Assembly: GCA_903841915.1 (NCBI GenBank)
Contig: CAIMKO010000182.1
Location: forward strand, 1-30,640
DNA length: 30,640 nt
From: an uncultured Chitinophagaceae bacterium
GTDB taxonomy: Bacteria; Bacteroidota; Bacteroidia; Chitinophagales; Chitinophagaceae
Reading direction: 5' to 3'
Below the pieces are notes generated by a model. That model saw nothing but the letters and a program-made list of their open reading frames with translations. It had not been told where the DNA came from and did not search any database. Position 1 is the stretch's first letter. The number at the start of each line of letters is the position of its first letter. Shown here piece by piece: positions 8,488 to 17,641 of this stretch. A program made the translations under genes and the position numbers.

Positions 8488-8690
8488 GTTGATGTTGATT
8501 AGTTACAGCCTATTTCTGCGGAATTGGATGAACGGTGTTAATGCCCATGTTAATGCAGGTTAATAGAATCCTGAAATGCTTTACAGCAAAGGGGTTTAAA
8601 AAATTTGAATGAATTGTTTCGAAATCCTGTTCTGTGTGATTAAAGTGTAAAAGCAATGTTAACAAGAGGGATGAATGGCAGAGAGGAAAA

Positions 8691-8698
8691 TAAATTTG
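8691..8698 (+). promoter_or_regulatory. Candidate -7 box of the sdpR operon
   Basis: TAAATTTG matches TAnnTTTG. I found no clear -33 TTG. Confidence 0.45.
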
Positions 8699-8712
8699 GA
8701 CAATTAAAATAG

Positions 8713-8734
8713 TATTTAGACATTTGTCTAAATA
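8713..8734. promoter_or_regulatory. Putative ArsR/SdpR operator
   Basis: Perfect 10-2-10 inverted repeat TATTTAGACA-TT-TGTCTAAATA, 17 nt upstream of the ArsR-family start and just downstream of the -7 box. This layout is typical of ArsR/SmtB autorepression. Confidence 0.75.
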
Positions 8735-8751
8735 TATAAATACCCGATTCT

Positions 8752-9021
8752 GTGAATATTCTCTTTAAAGCACTGAATGATACAACCAGAAGAAGCATTT
8801 TGGAAATGCTGAAGGAAAAAGATATGACAGCCGGCGATATTGCTGATCAATTCAATATCAGCAAACCCAGTATCTCACATCATTTGGACCTGTTGAAACA
8901 GGCGGGGTTGGTGGTTGCTGTGAAAGAGGGGCAATTCATTTTATATTCGATCAATACAACCGTCATGGATGAAATGTTGAAATGGATGATGCAATTTTCA
9001 CCCAAAACAAAAAAGAAATAA
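8752..9021 (+). CDS. sdpR: ArsR-family autorepressor, SdpR type
   Basis: FKALND.TRR.IL.ML, MTAGDIADQF.ISKPSISHHLD.LKQAGLV and GQFI.YSINTT. It lies directly upstream of an sdpI homologue. GTG start. Confidence 0.88.
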   Translation: MNILFKALNDTTRRSILEMLKEKDMTAGDIADQFNISKPSISHHLDLLKQAGLVVAVKEGQFILYSINTTVMDEMLKWMMQFSPKTKKK

Positions 9022-9023
9022 AC

Positions 9024-9680
9024 ATGAAAAAACCAAACCTAACAGATTTTGCAGCCATTATAATTTGGCTTATTCCTATTTTATATTTGATATATATATT
9101 TCCCTCTCTACCCAAATTAGTTCCACTGAAATTTGATGCAGAAGGCAATCCTATAAGATTTGGTACACAGAATGAATTTTTGTGGACGCAAGTGTTAATT
9201 CAAGGAATAGCAGTATTTGCATATTTACTGTTAAAATTTTTGCCAAGTATTGATCCGAAAAAAAATGCAAAATATTCTTCAGCTAGTTTTAAGAAAATTG
9301 CATTAGCTGTTATCTTTTTTGTATCAGCAATTAACATAGTAGTTATTTATGCAGTTACTAATCATACTGTAAAAATTAATTTTATTTTATTCCCCTTAAT
9401 CGGAATTCTATTTGCATTTTTGGGTAACCTGATGCACAGTATTAAACCAAACTATTTTGTTGGCATTAGAACCCCATGGACCTTAGAGGATCCAGATACA
9501 TGGAGAGCAACGCATCAATTAGGCGGGAAACTTTGGTTCTTTGGAGGAATAGCAATAACCATTGCAACATTGTTTCTTCCGGCTAAAATTGGCTTCTTCT
9601 TTTTTATAACTATTATAATTATCATTTCATTAGTTCCGGTTATTTACTCGTTCATCTATTTTAAAAATCATAAAAAGTAA
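9024..9680 (+). CDS. sdpI: SdpI-family immunity/signal-transduction membrane protein (DUF1648 + SdpI domains)
   Basis: LP..VP..FDAEGNP (DUF1648-like) and IKPNYFVGIRTPWTLEDPDTWRATHQLGGKLW (SdpI signature), with about 6 TM segments. Start moved to ATG 9024, 2 nt after the sdpR stop. Confidence 0.9.
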   Translation: MKKPNLTDFAAIIIWLIPILYLIYIFPSLPKLVPLKFDAEGNPIRFGTQNEFLWTQVLIQGIAVFAYLLLKFLPSIDPKKNAKYSSASFKKIALAVIFFVSAINIVVIYAVTNHTVKINFILFPLIGILFAFLGNLMHSIKPNYFVGIRTPWTLEDPDTWRATHQLGGKLWFFGGIAITIATLFLPAKIGFFFFITIIIIISLVPVIYSFIYFKNHKK

Positions 9681-9681
9681 T

Positions 9682-10626
9682 ATGAAAAAATCATTTGCAT
9701 TTATTATAGCCACATTCATCTTTTCTTCTCTTACAGCGCAAAACGTTTCAACAGAAAAAACTGTTTCTATCAATATCCGAGGCGTTGCGATTGAAGGAAC
9801 TTTATTAGCAAGTTCCAACAGTCAAAAATTGGTCATCATCATTGCCGGTTCCGGACCAACCGATCGAAATGGCAATAGCACCGCAGGAATTAATTGCAAT
9901 ACCTACAAAATGCTGGCTGATGAGTTGGCGAAAAATAATATCGCCAGTTTTCGGTACGATAAAAGAGCCATTGCTAAAAGTGCGATCAAAAATTTTAAGG
10001 AAAGCGATCTGACTTTTGACGATTATGTTAATGACGCCATTGCCATTTACCAATACATGAAAGATTCGTCAGGGTTCATGAATATATATTTTGCCGGACA
10101 CAGCGAAGGTTCTTTATTAGGAATGCTTGCATCAGCGCAAACAAAAACGAAAGGCTATATTTCTATTGCAGGTGCGGGAAGACCTATTGATGTAATTCTG
10201 ACAGAGCAAATCAGCAAACAGTCCCCTATCATTGGAAAGCAAATAGATTCGATGCTGCAAGTATTAAAAACAAAAAACAAATTAGATACAGTTCCGCCAT
10301 ATTTATTGTCTCTTTTAAGACCAAGCATTCAGCCGTACATGGTTTCCTGGATGAAATATGATCCGACCCTTGAAATTAAAAAATTAAAATGCCCCATACT
10401 GATCGTTCAAGGGACTTGTGATATTCAGGTTAAAGTTAATGACGCAGAATATTTATCTAAGGCCAATACAAAAGCAAAACTAGATATCATTGAAGGAATG
10501 ACACATGTATTGAAAGATGCAGAAGCCAATTGCAACGACAAAAACCTTAAGACTTATCACGATCCTTCTTTACCGTTAAATGCACAGTTTGTAAAAGATA
10601 TCATTAGTTTTATACAAACGAATTAG
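9682..10626 (+). CDS. Secreted alpha/beta hydrolase (serine aminopeptidase S33-like)
   Basis: Signal peptide. IIAGSGPTDRNGN, RYDKRA, nucleophile GHSEG, acid QGTCDIQV and His in GMTHVLK. Starts 1 nt after the sdpI stop. Confidence 0.88.
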   Translation: MKKSFAFIIATFIFSSLTAQNVSTEKTVSINIRGVAIEGTLLASSNSQKLVIIIAGSGPTDRNGNSTAGINCNTYKMLADELAKNNIASFRYDKRAIAKSAIKNFKESDLTFDDYVNDAIAIYQYMKDSSGFMNIYFAGHSEGSLLGMLASAQTKTKGYISIAGAGRPIDVILTEQISKQSPIIGKQIDSMLQVLKTKNKLDTVPPYLLSLLRPSIQPYMVSWMKYDPTLEIKKLKCPILIVQGTCDIQVKVNDAEYLSKANTKAKLDIIEGMTHVLKDAEANCNDKNLKTYHDPSLPLNAQFVKDIISFIQTN

Positions 10627-10629
10627 TGA

Positions 10630-11226
10630 ATGAATTATCTCGCCCATGCTTATCTATCATTTGGACAAGAGGAAATTTTGCTGGGCAATATGATCAGTGA
10701 TTTTGTAAAAGGGAAAAAGAAATTCGATTATTCATCCGGGATACAAAAAGGAATTGCATTGCATCGGTCCATTGATGCATTTACTGATACGCATCAAGCA
10801 ACACATGACGCCAAACAATATTTCAGGCCTGCCGTGGGTTTATATGCCGGTGCATTCATGGATGTTGTTTACGACCATTTTCTGGCGAATGACAGAAATG
10901 AATTTACTGATGACAATGCCTTGCTATTATTTACGCAAAATACCTATGCTTCACTGGAAAAGAATTTTGCTGTTTTTCCGGAACGATTCCAAGCCATGTT
11001 TCCGCACATGAAACAACATAATTGGTTATATAATTATCAGTTTAATTTTGGAATGGAAAAAAGTTTTGGCGGCTTGGCAAGAAGAGCAAAGTATTTAAAC
11101 GATAGTATGCAAGTATTTGAAATTTTCGAAAAGGAATACGACTATTTTAAAAATTATTACAAAGCCTTTTTCCCTGAATTAAAAAAATATACGCAAGAAC
11201 AGTTGCAGCAAATACTTGCTGCGTAA
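10630..11226 (+). CDS. acpH: Acyl carrier protein phosphodiesterase (AcpH/DUF479)
   Basis: MNYLAHAYLS, LGNMISDFVKG, GI.LHR.ID.FTD.H and DVVYDHFLA are AcpH signatures. Confidence 0.9.
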   Translation: MNYLAHAYLSFGQEEILLGNMISDFVKGKKKFDYSSGIQKGIALHRSIDAFTDTHQATHDAKQYFRPAVGLYAGAFMDVVYDHFLANDRNEFTDDNALLLFTQNTYASLEKNFAVFPERFQAMFPHMKQHNWLYNYQFNFGMEKSFGGLARRAKYLNDSMQVFEIFEKEYDYFKNYYKAFFPELKKYTQEQLQQILAA

Positions 11227-11347
11227 ATGTTTGCACTACAAGCTTAACATGCAACGAAATTGAATTGCCGCTAATTACAAAATCATTATTCACAATTTCA
11301 AGGGATTAATTTTAAAAACGCATCTTTGCGCTATTAAAAATAACAAC

Positions 11348-12487
11348 ATGAAGCTTGCTACTAAATTCATACACGCAGGAGTGGAGCCTGATCCAACAAC
11401 AGGTGCCATCATGACACCTATATTTCAAACATCTACGTATGTGCAATCTGCCCCCGGTGTTCATAAAGGATATGATTATTCTCGTGCAGGCAATCCAACT
11501 CGAACAGCTTTGGATAATGCAGTGGCTGCCATTGAAAACGGAAAGCATTGTTTAACATTCAGCAGCGGCGTGGCGGCAACTGATGCCGTGATCAAATTAT
11601 TAGCACCCGGCGATGAAGTGATCGCTGCCAACGATATGTATGGCGGTACATTCAGAATATTCACTAAAATATTTTCAAAGTTTGGAATTGTATTTCATTT
11701 TATAAATATGCAGGATGCGGATAATATCAGATCTGTGATCAATGCAAAAACAAAACTGATCTGGACCGAAACGCCAACCAATCCATTGATCAATATCACT
11801 GATATTGCGGCTGTATCTGCCATTGCAAAGGCGAATAAGATCCTGCTTTGTGTTGACAACACATTTGCATCTCCTTATTTGCAAAATCCTTTGGATCTCG
11901 GTGCAGATATCGTGATGCATTCTTCTACAAAATACTTGGGCGGGCATAGTGATGTGATACAGGGTTGTTTAATTATGAACGATGCTGATTTGCATGAGCA
12001 ATTATTCTTTATTCAAAAAAGCTGCGGCGCAGTTCCCGGTCCGCAGGATTGTTTTTTAGTGTTACGAGGCATCAAAACTTTACATGTTCGTATGCAACGA
12101 CATTGTGAGAACGGAGAGAAGATCGCTCATTTCTTGCGAAACCATCCTAAGGTTAAAACGGTCTACTGGTGTGGATTTGAAGACCATCCCGGTTATTCGA
12201 TCGCTAAAAAACAAATGCGTGGCTTTGGAGGGATGATCAGTTTTGTACTGAAAGATGAAAGCGAAGAAAACACGAAACGTGTATTAAGTTCCACACATCT
12301 TTTTTCATTGGCAGAAAGTTTGGGTGGTGTGGAAAGTTTGATCAATCATCCGGCAACGATGACGCATGCTTCTATTCCGCGGGAAGAAAGAATTAAAAAC
12401 GGGTTGAGTGATTCATTGATTCGCTTGAGTGTTGGAATTGAAGATGCAGATGATCTGATCAATGATTTAAATAAAGCAATAGGATAA
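11348..12487 (+). CDS. Cystathionine gamma-synthase/gamma-lyase (Cys/Met metabolism PLP-dependent enzyme)
   Basis: PIFQTSTY, YSRAGNPTR, MYGGT, ETPTNP, VDNTFASP, HSSTKYLGGHSD (PLP Lys), AESLGGVESL and IRLSVGIED. The exact reaction cannot be assigned from motifs. Confidence 0.93.
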   Translation: MKLATKFIHAGVEPDPTTGAIMTPIFQTSTYVQSAPGVHKGYDYSRAGNPTRTALDNAVAAIENGKHCLTFSSGVAATDAVIKLLAPGDEVIAANDMYGGTFRIFTKIFSKFGIVFHFINMQDADNIRSVINAKTKLIWTETPTNPLINITDIAAVSAIAKANKILLCVDNTFASPYLQNPLDLGADIVMHSSTKYLGGHSDVIQGCLIMNDADLHEQLFFIQKSCGAVPGPQDCFLVLRGIKTLHVRMQRHCENGEKIAHFLRNHPKVKTVYWCGFEDHPGYSIAKKQMRGFGGMISFVLKDESEENTKRVLSSTHLFSLAESLGGVESLINHPATMTHASIPREERIKNGLSDSLIRLSVGIEDADDLINDLNKAIG

Positions 12488-12488
12488 C

Positions 12489-12740
12489 ATGACTGAACTA
12501 ATAATTGAGATCATCGGTTGGACGGGTTCAATCTTAATATTGACCGCCTACATTTTAAACATGCAACATAAAATATTGGCATCATCGCCATTTTATATTT
12601 GGGCAAATTTGATGGGGGGGCTCTGTTTTGTCATCAATACGTATTATCATCATGCTTTTCCTTCCATGGCCTTGAATATTGTTTGGGTATTGATCGCCGT
12701 ATTTTCTTTACTGAAAGCAAAAAAGACAATAAAAGAATAA
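12489..12740 (+). CDS. CBU_0592-family 3-TM membrane protein
   Basis: IIGWTGSILILTAY.L, Y.WANL.GG and FPS.ALNIVW patterns. Three hydrophobic helices. Starts 1 nt after the upstream stop. Confidence 0.75.
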   Translation: MTELIIEIIGWTGSILILTAYILNMQHKILASSPFYIWANLMGGLCFVINTYYHHAFPSMALNIVWVLIAVFSLLKAKKTIKE

Positions 12741-12760
12741 ATGCTAAAGCTGATATAAAT

Positions 12761-12791
12761 AAAAAGAGCTTGCAATTTGCAAGCTCTTTTT
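12761..12791. terminator. Bidirectional intrinsic terminator between convergent transcripts
   Basis: Perfect inverted repeat AAAAAGAGCTTGCAA-T-TTGCAAGCTCTTTTT with A/T tracts on both sides. Confidence 0.9.
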
Positions 12792-12811
12792 ATTTATGAT
12801 GATGTCAGTAA

Positions 12812-14140
12812 TTAAACCAAACCCTGTGCCAGCATGGCTTCTGCTACTTTTACAAATCCACCAATATTCGCACCACGTACATAATTGATGTATCCGTCTT
12901 TATCTTTTCCGTGCTTGATACAGGTTTCATGAATATTCTTCATGATATGCTTCAGTTCTTCATCAACATGCTCTCTTGTCCAATTCAAACGCATGCTGTT
13001 TTGCGCCATTTCCAAACCGGATGTGGCAACACCTCCCGCATTGGATGCTTTGCCAGGTGCATATAAGATCTTTTCTTCTAAAAAGTATTCTACAGCTGCC
13101 GGTGTGCTTGGCATATTAGCACCTTCAGAAATGCAGATGCAACCATTTTTAACCAATGCTACTGCATCATTATAATCTAATTCATTTTGTGTAGCACAAG
13201 GCATGGCGATATCGCATTTTACATGCCATGGAGTTTTACCTGCCACATATTCGCACTTGTATTTTTCGGCATATTCACTGATGCGACCCCTCTTCACATT
13301 TTTCAGTTCCATGATAAAGGCAAGCTTTTCTGCATCAATTCCATCCTTATCATAAATATATCCGTTCGAATCGCTTAGGGTAAGCACTTTACCGCCGAGT
13401 TGTGTCACTTTTTCACAGGCGTATTGTGCTACATTACCTGAGCCTGAAATAACAACTGTTTTTCCTTTAATAGAATCCTGCCTTGTCTGTAACATATTTT
13501 CTGCAAAATAGCTGCAGCCATATCCTGTTGCTTCCGGACGAATCAAACTTCCACCCCATTCTAAACTCTTTCCTGTTAACACTCCGGTAAATTCATTACG
13601 GATTCGTTTGTATTGCCCGAATAAGAAACCGATCTCTCTGCCACCCACACCTATATCGCCTGCAGGCACATCTGTTGATGCTCCGATATGACGCTGTAAT
13701 TCGTTCATAAAGGATTGACAGAATTTCATTATTTCCAGATCTGATTTTCCCTTAGGATCAAAATCAGATCCACCCTTGGCACCACCTAATGGTAAAGTGG
13801 TTAAACTATTTTTTAATACTTGTTCGAAGGCTAAAAATTTAAGAATACTTAAATTAACGGATGGATGAAATCTTAATCCGCCCTTGTATGGTCCGATAGA
13901 AGAATTCATTTCAATTCTAAATCCGCGATTGATTACAAATTCACCTTTATCGCTGATCCATGGAACTCTGAAAATGATGGTACGTTCCGGTTCTACCATT
14001 CTTTCAAGTACGCCAACATATTTGGGATTGTTGTCGATAAAATCATCTAAAGATTCTACTACTTCCTGAACTGCTTGAATAAATTCCGGTTCATTTGGAT
14101 TCTTTCGATTGACCAGATCCATGAATTGCTGGATGGTCAT
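12812..14140 (-). CDS. gdhA: NADP-specific glutamate dehydrogenase
   Basis: GPYKGGLRFHP, FEQVLKNSLT, GGAKGGSDFDPK, DVPAGDIGVG, RPEATGYG, ISGSGNVA, EGANMP and PGKASNAGGVATS. Start most likely ATG 14140 (MTIQQF); the upstream Lys run looks like an A-rich leader. Confidence 0.96.
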   Translation of the reverse strand: MTIQQFMDLVNRKNPNEPEFIQAVQEVVESLDDFIDNNPKYVGVLERMVEPERTIIFRVPWISDKGEFVINRGFRIEMNSSIGPYKGGLRFHPSVNLSILKFLAFEQVLKNSLTTLPLGGAKGGSDFDPKGKSDLEIMKFCQSFMNELQRHIGASTDVPAGDIGVGGREIGFLFGQYKRIRNEFTGVLTGKSLEWGGSLIRPEATGYGCSYFAENMLQTRQDSIKGKTVVISGSGNVAQYACEKVTQLGGKVLTLSDSNGYIYDKDGIDAEKLAFIMELKNVKRGRISEYAEKYKCEYVAGKTPWHVKCDIAMPCATQNELDYNDAVALVKNGCICISEGANMPSTPAAVEYFLEEKILYAPGKASNAGGVATSGLEMAQNSMRLNWTREHVDEELKHIMKNIHETCIKHGKDKDGYINYVRGANIGGFVKVAEAMLAQGLV

Positions 14141-14212
14141 TCCTGCTTTTTTTTTCTTTTTCATATGCAAAAATTTTCGTTAGGAGAACATCCGATATTA
14201 AAATCGGGTGTA

Positions 14213-14220
14213 CAAATTTA
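14213..14220 (-). promoter_or_regulatory. Candidate -7 box of gdhA
   Basis: TAAATTTG on the minus strand. A small CCGAT/ATCGG hairpin (14192-14207) lies in the leader. Confidence 0.5.
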
Positions 14221-14306
14221 TTATCTAAAAGCTAACAGTTGTTCGTTTTAGCGTTCTTTATTAGATGATTCTTGTCATGAAAATCAGGCATTTTACAAAC
14301 CACAGT

Positions 14307-15533
14307 TTATTCATACCGTAGCGCTTCAATTGGATCAAGCCTTGAAGCCTTTTGTGCAGGATAATATCCAAAAAATACACCGGTAACGGCACACACAACG
14401 AAAGATAAAATAACGGATGATTGTGTAACAAGTGTTGGCCAGGCTAGAAAGGTCGTTACAAGCTTTGCAGCGCTTATGCCCAGTATCACACCAATGATCC
14501 CTCCGGTGATACTGATCAGAGTTGCTTCTGTTAAGAACTGTAAAAGTATATCAACACCTCTGGCACCGATGGCCATTCGCAAACCAATTTCTTTGGTGCG
14601 TTCTGTTACAGAAACATACATGATGTTCATGATGCCGATACCACCCACCAATAATGAGATCGCTGCAATGGCTGTTAATAACACGGTCAATAATTGACTG
14701 GTAGAGCTCATGGTGCTGATCAGCTCTGCTTGTGTACGCACAGTAAAATCATCCTCCTCTGTATATTTTAATTTATGATTGGCACGAAGAATAACTTTTA
14801 CTTCTTTGGTAGCAGTATCAGAACTTTTTTCATCAGTGGCAGCTGCATAAATATTTTGTAACCAGGTTATGGCCATGATTCTTTTCTGTACGGTTGTATA
14901 AGGGGCCAGTATCATATCATCCTGATCCTGACCAAAAGTATTCTCACCTTTTTTGTCTAATACTCCAATTACTTTAAATGGGATCTTATTGAACCGGATG
15001 GTCTTTCCGATCGGGTCTTCTCCATTCGTAAAAATATTATTGATCACTGTTTGACCCAATAAACAAACTTTTGCAGCACTGGCAACATCATCATCCGTGA
15101 ATGGAATTCCGGAAGCTATTTTCCAATCGCGGATACTGAGATAAGAAGGACTAACACCCTGCAAAGAGGTTGGCCAGTTCAATGCTGCATTGATGGCTTG
15201 CCCATTCGTAGAAACGGCAGGAGACACATCAGTAATAAACTCAGCTTGATTTTGTATGGCGAATGCATCTTTTATGGTCAGCGTTTTTAATCCACTCGAA
15301 CCAATTCTTGCACCACCGCCAACAGTAACATTACTGAATGGTCTGATGGTGATCATATTTGAACCCATGCTTGATAACTGGCTGCGGATACTTTGTTTTG
15401 AACCTTCTCCAATCGACACCATTGTTATTACTGCAGCAACCCCAATAATGATACCTAGCATCGTAAGGGATGTTCTGATCTTATTGCGTAACAAAGCTTT
15501 CCAGGCAAGATGTAAAAGATTAAAAACATTCAT
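14307..15533 (-). CDS. macB: MacB-type ABC transporter permease (MacB periplasmic core + FtsX domain)
   Basis: R.SLTMLGIIIGVAAVI, SLLVGGIGIMNIMYVSVTERTKEIGLRMAIGA and GYYPAQKASRLDPIEALRYE. Confidence 0.95.
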   Translation of the reverse strand: MNVFNLLHLAWKALLRNKIRTSLTMLGIIIGVAAVITMVSIGEGSKQSIRSQLSSMGSNMITIRPFSNVTVGGGARIGSSGLKTLTIKDAFAIQNQAEFITDVSPAVSTNGQAINAALNWPTSLQGVSPSYLSIRDWKIASGIPFTDDDVASAAKVCLLGQTVINNIFTNGEDPIGKTIRFNKIPFKVIGVLDKKGENTFGQDQDDMILAPYTTVQKRIMAITWLQNIYAAATDEKSSDTATKEVKVILRANHKLKYTEEDDFTVRTQAELISTMSSTSQLLTVLLTAIAAISLLVGGIGIMNIMYVSVTERTKEIGLRMAIGARGVDILLQFLTEATLISITGGIIGVILGISAAKLVTTFLAWPTLVTQSSVILSFVVCAVTGVFFGYYPAQKASRLDPIEALRYE

Positions 15534-16300
15534 ACTGTAGCTTTTATAGGTTCATCATCTTTTTCTATTGGAAGAGCTGCTAATGCTTCTTTCGCTGATT
15601 TTACATTTTCATTTTTAAGGTCTTTGATAACTCTTCCGTCTTTTAATGTAACAGTGCGACTGCTGAAAACTGCAATATCAGGTTCATGTGTTACAAATAC
15701 AATTGTTTTGCCTTGCTTACTGTTCAATTCTTGCAAGAGCGACATGATCTCATAAGATGTTCGGGTGTCTAGATTTCCTGTTGCTTCATCAGCCAATATC
15801 ATCACAGGTTCATTTACCAAAGCCCTTGCAATGGCTACACGTTGTTGCTGTCCGCCGGATAATTGATTGGGCATATGATTCATTCGTTCTGCCAAACCCA
15901 CTGCTTCCAATGCATGGATCGCTTTTTCCTTTCTTTCTTTAGTGGGTACATCAGCATTATATAAAAGAGGTAATTCAACATTTTCCAATGCGGAAGTTCT
16001 TGCCAATAAATTATAGGATTGAAATACAAAACCAATTTTTCTATTTCTCAGTTTAGCCAATTCATTTCGGGAAAGACTCTTTACGTCAGCACCATCCAAT
16101 AGATATTTTCCTTCAGTGGGTTGATCTAAACATCCTAAAATATTCAATAAGGTTGTTTTGCCTGAGCCGCTGCTTCCCATAATGGTCACAAATTCTCCTG
16201 CATCAACAGAAAATGAAACCCCCTTTAAAGCTCTTACAGTTTCGCTTCCCATTTTAAATTCCCGTTTCAATTCATTGATATCAAGTATCTTATTTGCCAT
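15530..16300 (-). CDS. ABC transporter ATP-binding protein (MacB/LolD type)
   Basis: Walker [10 protein letters not shown], signature [20 protein letters not shown] and VTHE. The stop overlaps the permease ATG (ATGA). Confidence 0.96.
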   Translation of the reverse strand: MANKILDINELKREFKMGSETVRALKGVSFSVDAGEFVTIMGSSGSGKTTLLNILGCLDQPTEGKYLLDGADVKSLSRNELAKLRNRKIGFVFQSYNLLARTSALENVELPLLYNADVPTKERKEKAIHALEAVGLAERMNHMPNQLSGGQQQRVAIARALVNEPVMILADEATGNLDTRTSYEIMSLLQELNSKQGKTIVFVTHEPDIAVFSSRTVTLKDGRVIKDLKNENVKSAKEALAALPIEKDDEPIKATV

Positions 16301-16339
16301 ACATTTCTTTAATCCGATTTTGATCCGAATTTTATTTTA

Positions 16340-17611
16340 CTAATGCGGCCCACCTCCGCCTTGATTTGGTCTTCTGTTATTTCCACCTCTTGTTGGCATG
16401 AACGGACTTTTCGTTACGGCTGCTGCATCCTTCTTCAAGACTTTTTTGTATCCGGTTATTACAGCATCACCTTCCTGTAAACCCGACACGAGTTGCACTA
16501 CTGTTTTATCATCTAATCCTGTTGTTACTTTTCTGCTGATAATTGTTAGACTGTCTTTCTTGATCCAAACCATCCCCTTATTTATTTTAATACCAATGCT
16601 GTCAATACTCCCTGGTTGTTTGGTTTTGTTTTGCCTCTTCCCGATTTTTTTTAGGGGTGCCTCAATATTAGTGAGATGATATTTCGCGATCAATAAAGAA
16701 TCAGGCGTAAAATTCAATGCTGCTGCAGGAATCAATAATGTATTATTTACTTCGATGGTGTAGATGGTAATGTTGGCGGTCATGCCCGGTTTTAATTTCA
16801 TATCCGCATTCGGCGCATCGATGATCGTGATATAAGTAACTACATTGGATGATACAGAAGCACGCAACCGGATCTCCTTTACTGTCCCTGAAAAAGTATC
16901 AGTAGGGAAAGCATCTACCGAAAAGATCACACGCTGTTGCTTTTTTACATTGCCGATATCAGCTTCATCAACTGAAGCCTGTACCTGCATTTTCGTAAGA
17001 TCTTTTGCAATGCTGAAAAGTGTTGGTGTACTGAGGCTGGCCGCTACTGTCTGCCCTTCACTCACGCTTCGTGAAAGAACTGTCCCATCAATAGGCGAAT
17101 AGATATCAGTAAAACTTAGGTTCTTTTTGGCTGTATTTAACTGTGCAGTGATACTGTTTACATTATCCTTTCCTGCATTATACTGATAAACGGCTGTTTC
17201 AAGATCGGCTTTGCTGATAGCACCAACTGTAAATAGTTTATTCTGTCGTTCATAATTACTTTTTTGATACACCACATTCGCTTTTGCCTGCTGTAGTATA
17301 GCCGTATATTGCTGTACCTGTGCATCCATTAGTGATTTATCAAGTTGCGCAAGTAATTGCCCTTTCTTTACAGGCGAATTAAAATCAACATACACATTTT
17401 TTATCGTCCCGGATATTTGCGTTCCTACCGCTACAGTATCAACCGGTTGCAATGTACCTGTTGCGGTAATTGAATTGCTGACCGTGCCATATTGTACTTT
17501 CTCTGTTTCCAATATGATCACTTCTTCTGCTTTTCTGAACACAAAAAACCATAGGGCAATAGCGGCTATTACCGCTGCAATGATGATGATGATCCATGTT
17601 GACTTTTTCAT
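16340..17611 (-). CDS. macA: MacA-type periplasmic adaptor (membrane fusion protein)
   Basis: N-terminal TM, ATGTLQP...VGTQISG, YSPIDGTV, DEADIG and LKPGMTAN, plus a Gly/Arg-rich tail. Confidence 0.93.
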   Translation of the reverse strand: MKKSTWIIIIIAAVIAAIALWFFVFRKAEEVIILETEKVQYGTVSNSITATGTLQPVDTVAVGTQISGTIKNVYVDFNSPVKKGQLLAQLDKSLMDAQVQQYTAILQQAKANVVYQKSNYERQNKLFTVGAISKADLETAVYQYNAGKDNVNSITAQLNTAKKNLSFTDIYSPIDGTVLSRSVSEGQTVAASLSTPTLFSIAKDLTKMQVQASVDEADIGNVKKQQRVIFSVDAFPTDTFSGTVKEIRLRASVSSNVVTYITIIDAPNADMKLKPGMTANITIYTIEVNNTLLIPAAALNFTPDSLLIAKYHLTNIEAPLKKIGKRQNKTKQPGSIDSIGIKINKGMVWIKKDSLTIISRKVTTGLDDKTVVQLVSGLQEGDAVITGYKKVLKKDAAAVTKSPFMPTRGGNNRRPNQGGGGPH

Positions 17612-17641
17612 TAACCCTAAAATTTAGTACTGATAAATAGT

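Noticed and set aside
11227-11347. Possible SAM or other riboswitch ahead of the cystathionine enzyme
   Set aside because: The region is only about 120 nt and AT-rich. I could not find SAM-I or SAM-II core sequences or a stable leader hairpin.
14141-14170. N-terminal MHMKKKKKAG extension and poly-A tract of gdhA as a phase-variation or frameshift site
   Set aside because: GDH homology begins at MTIQQF (14140). The tract is best explained as the A-rich translation-initiation leader typical of Bacteroidota.
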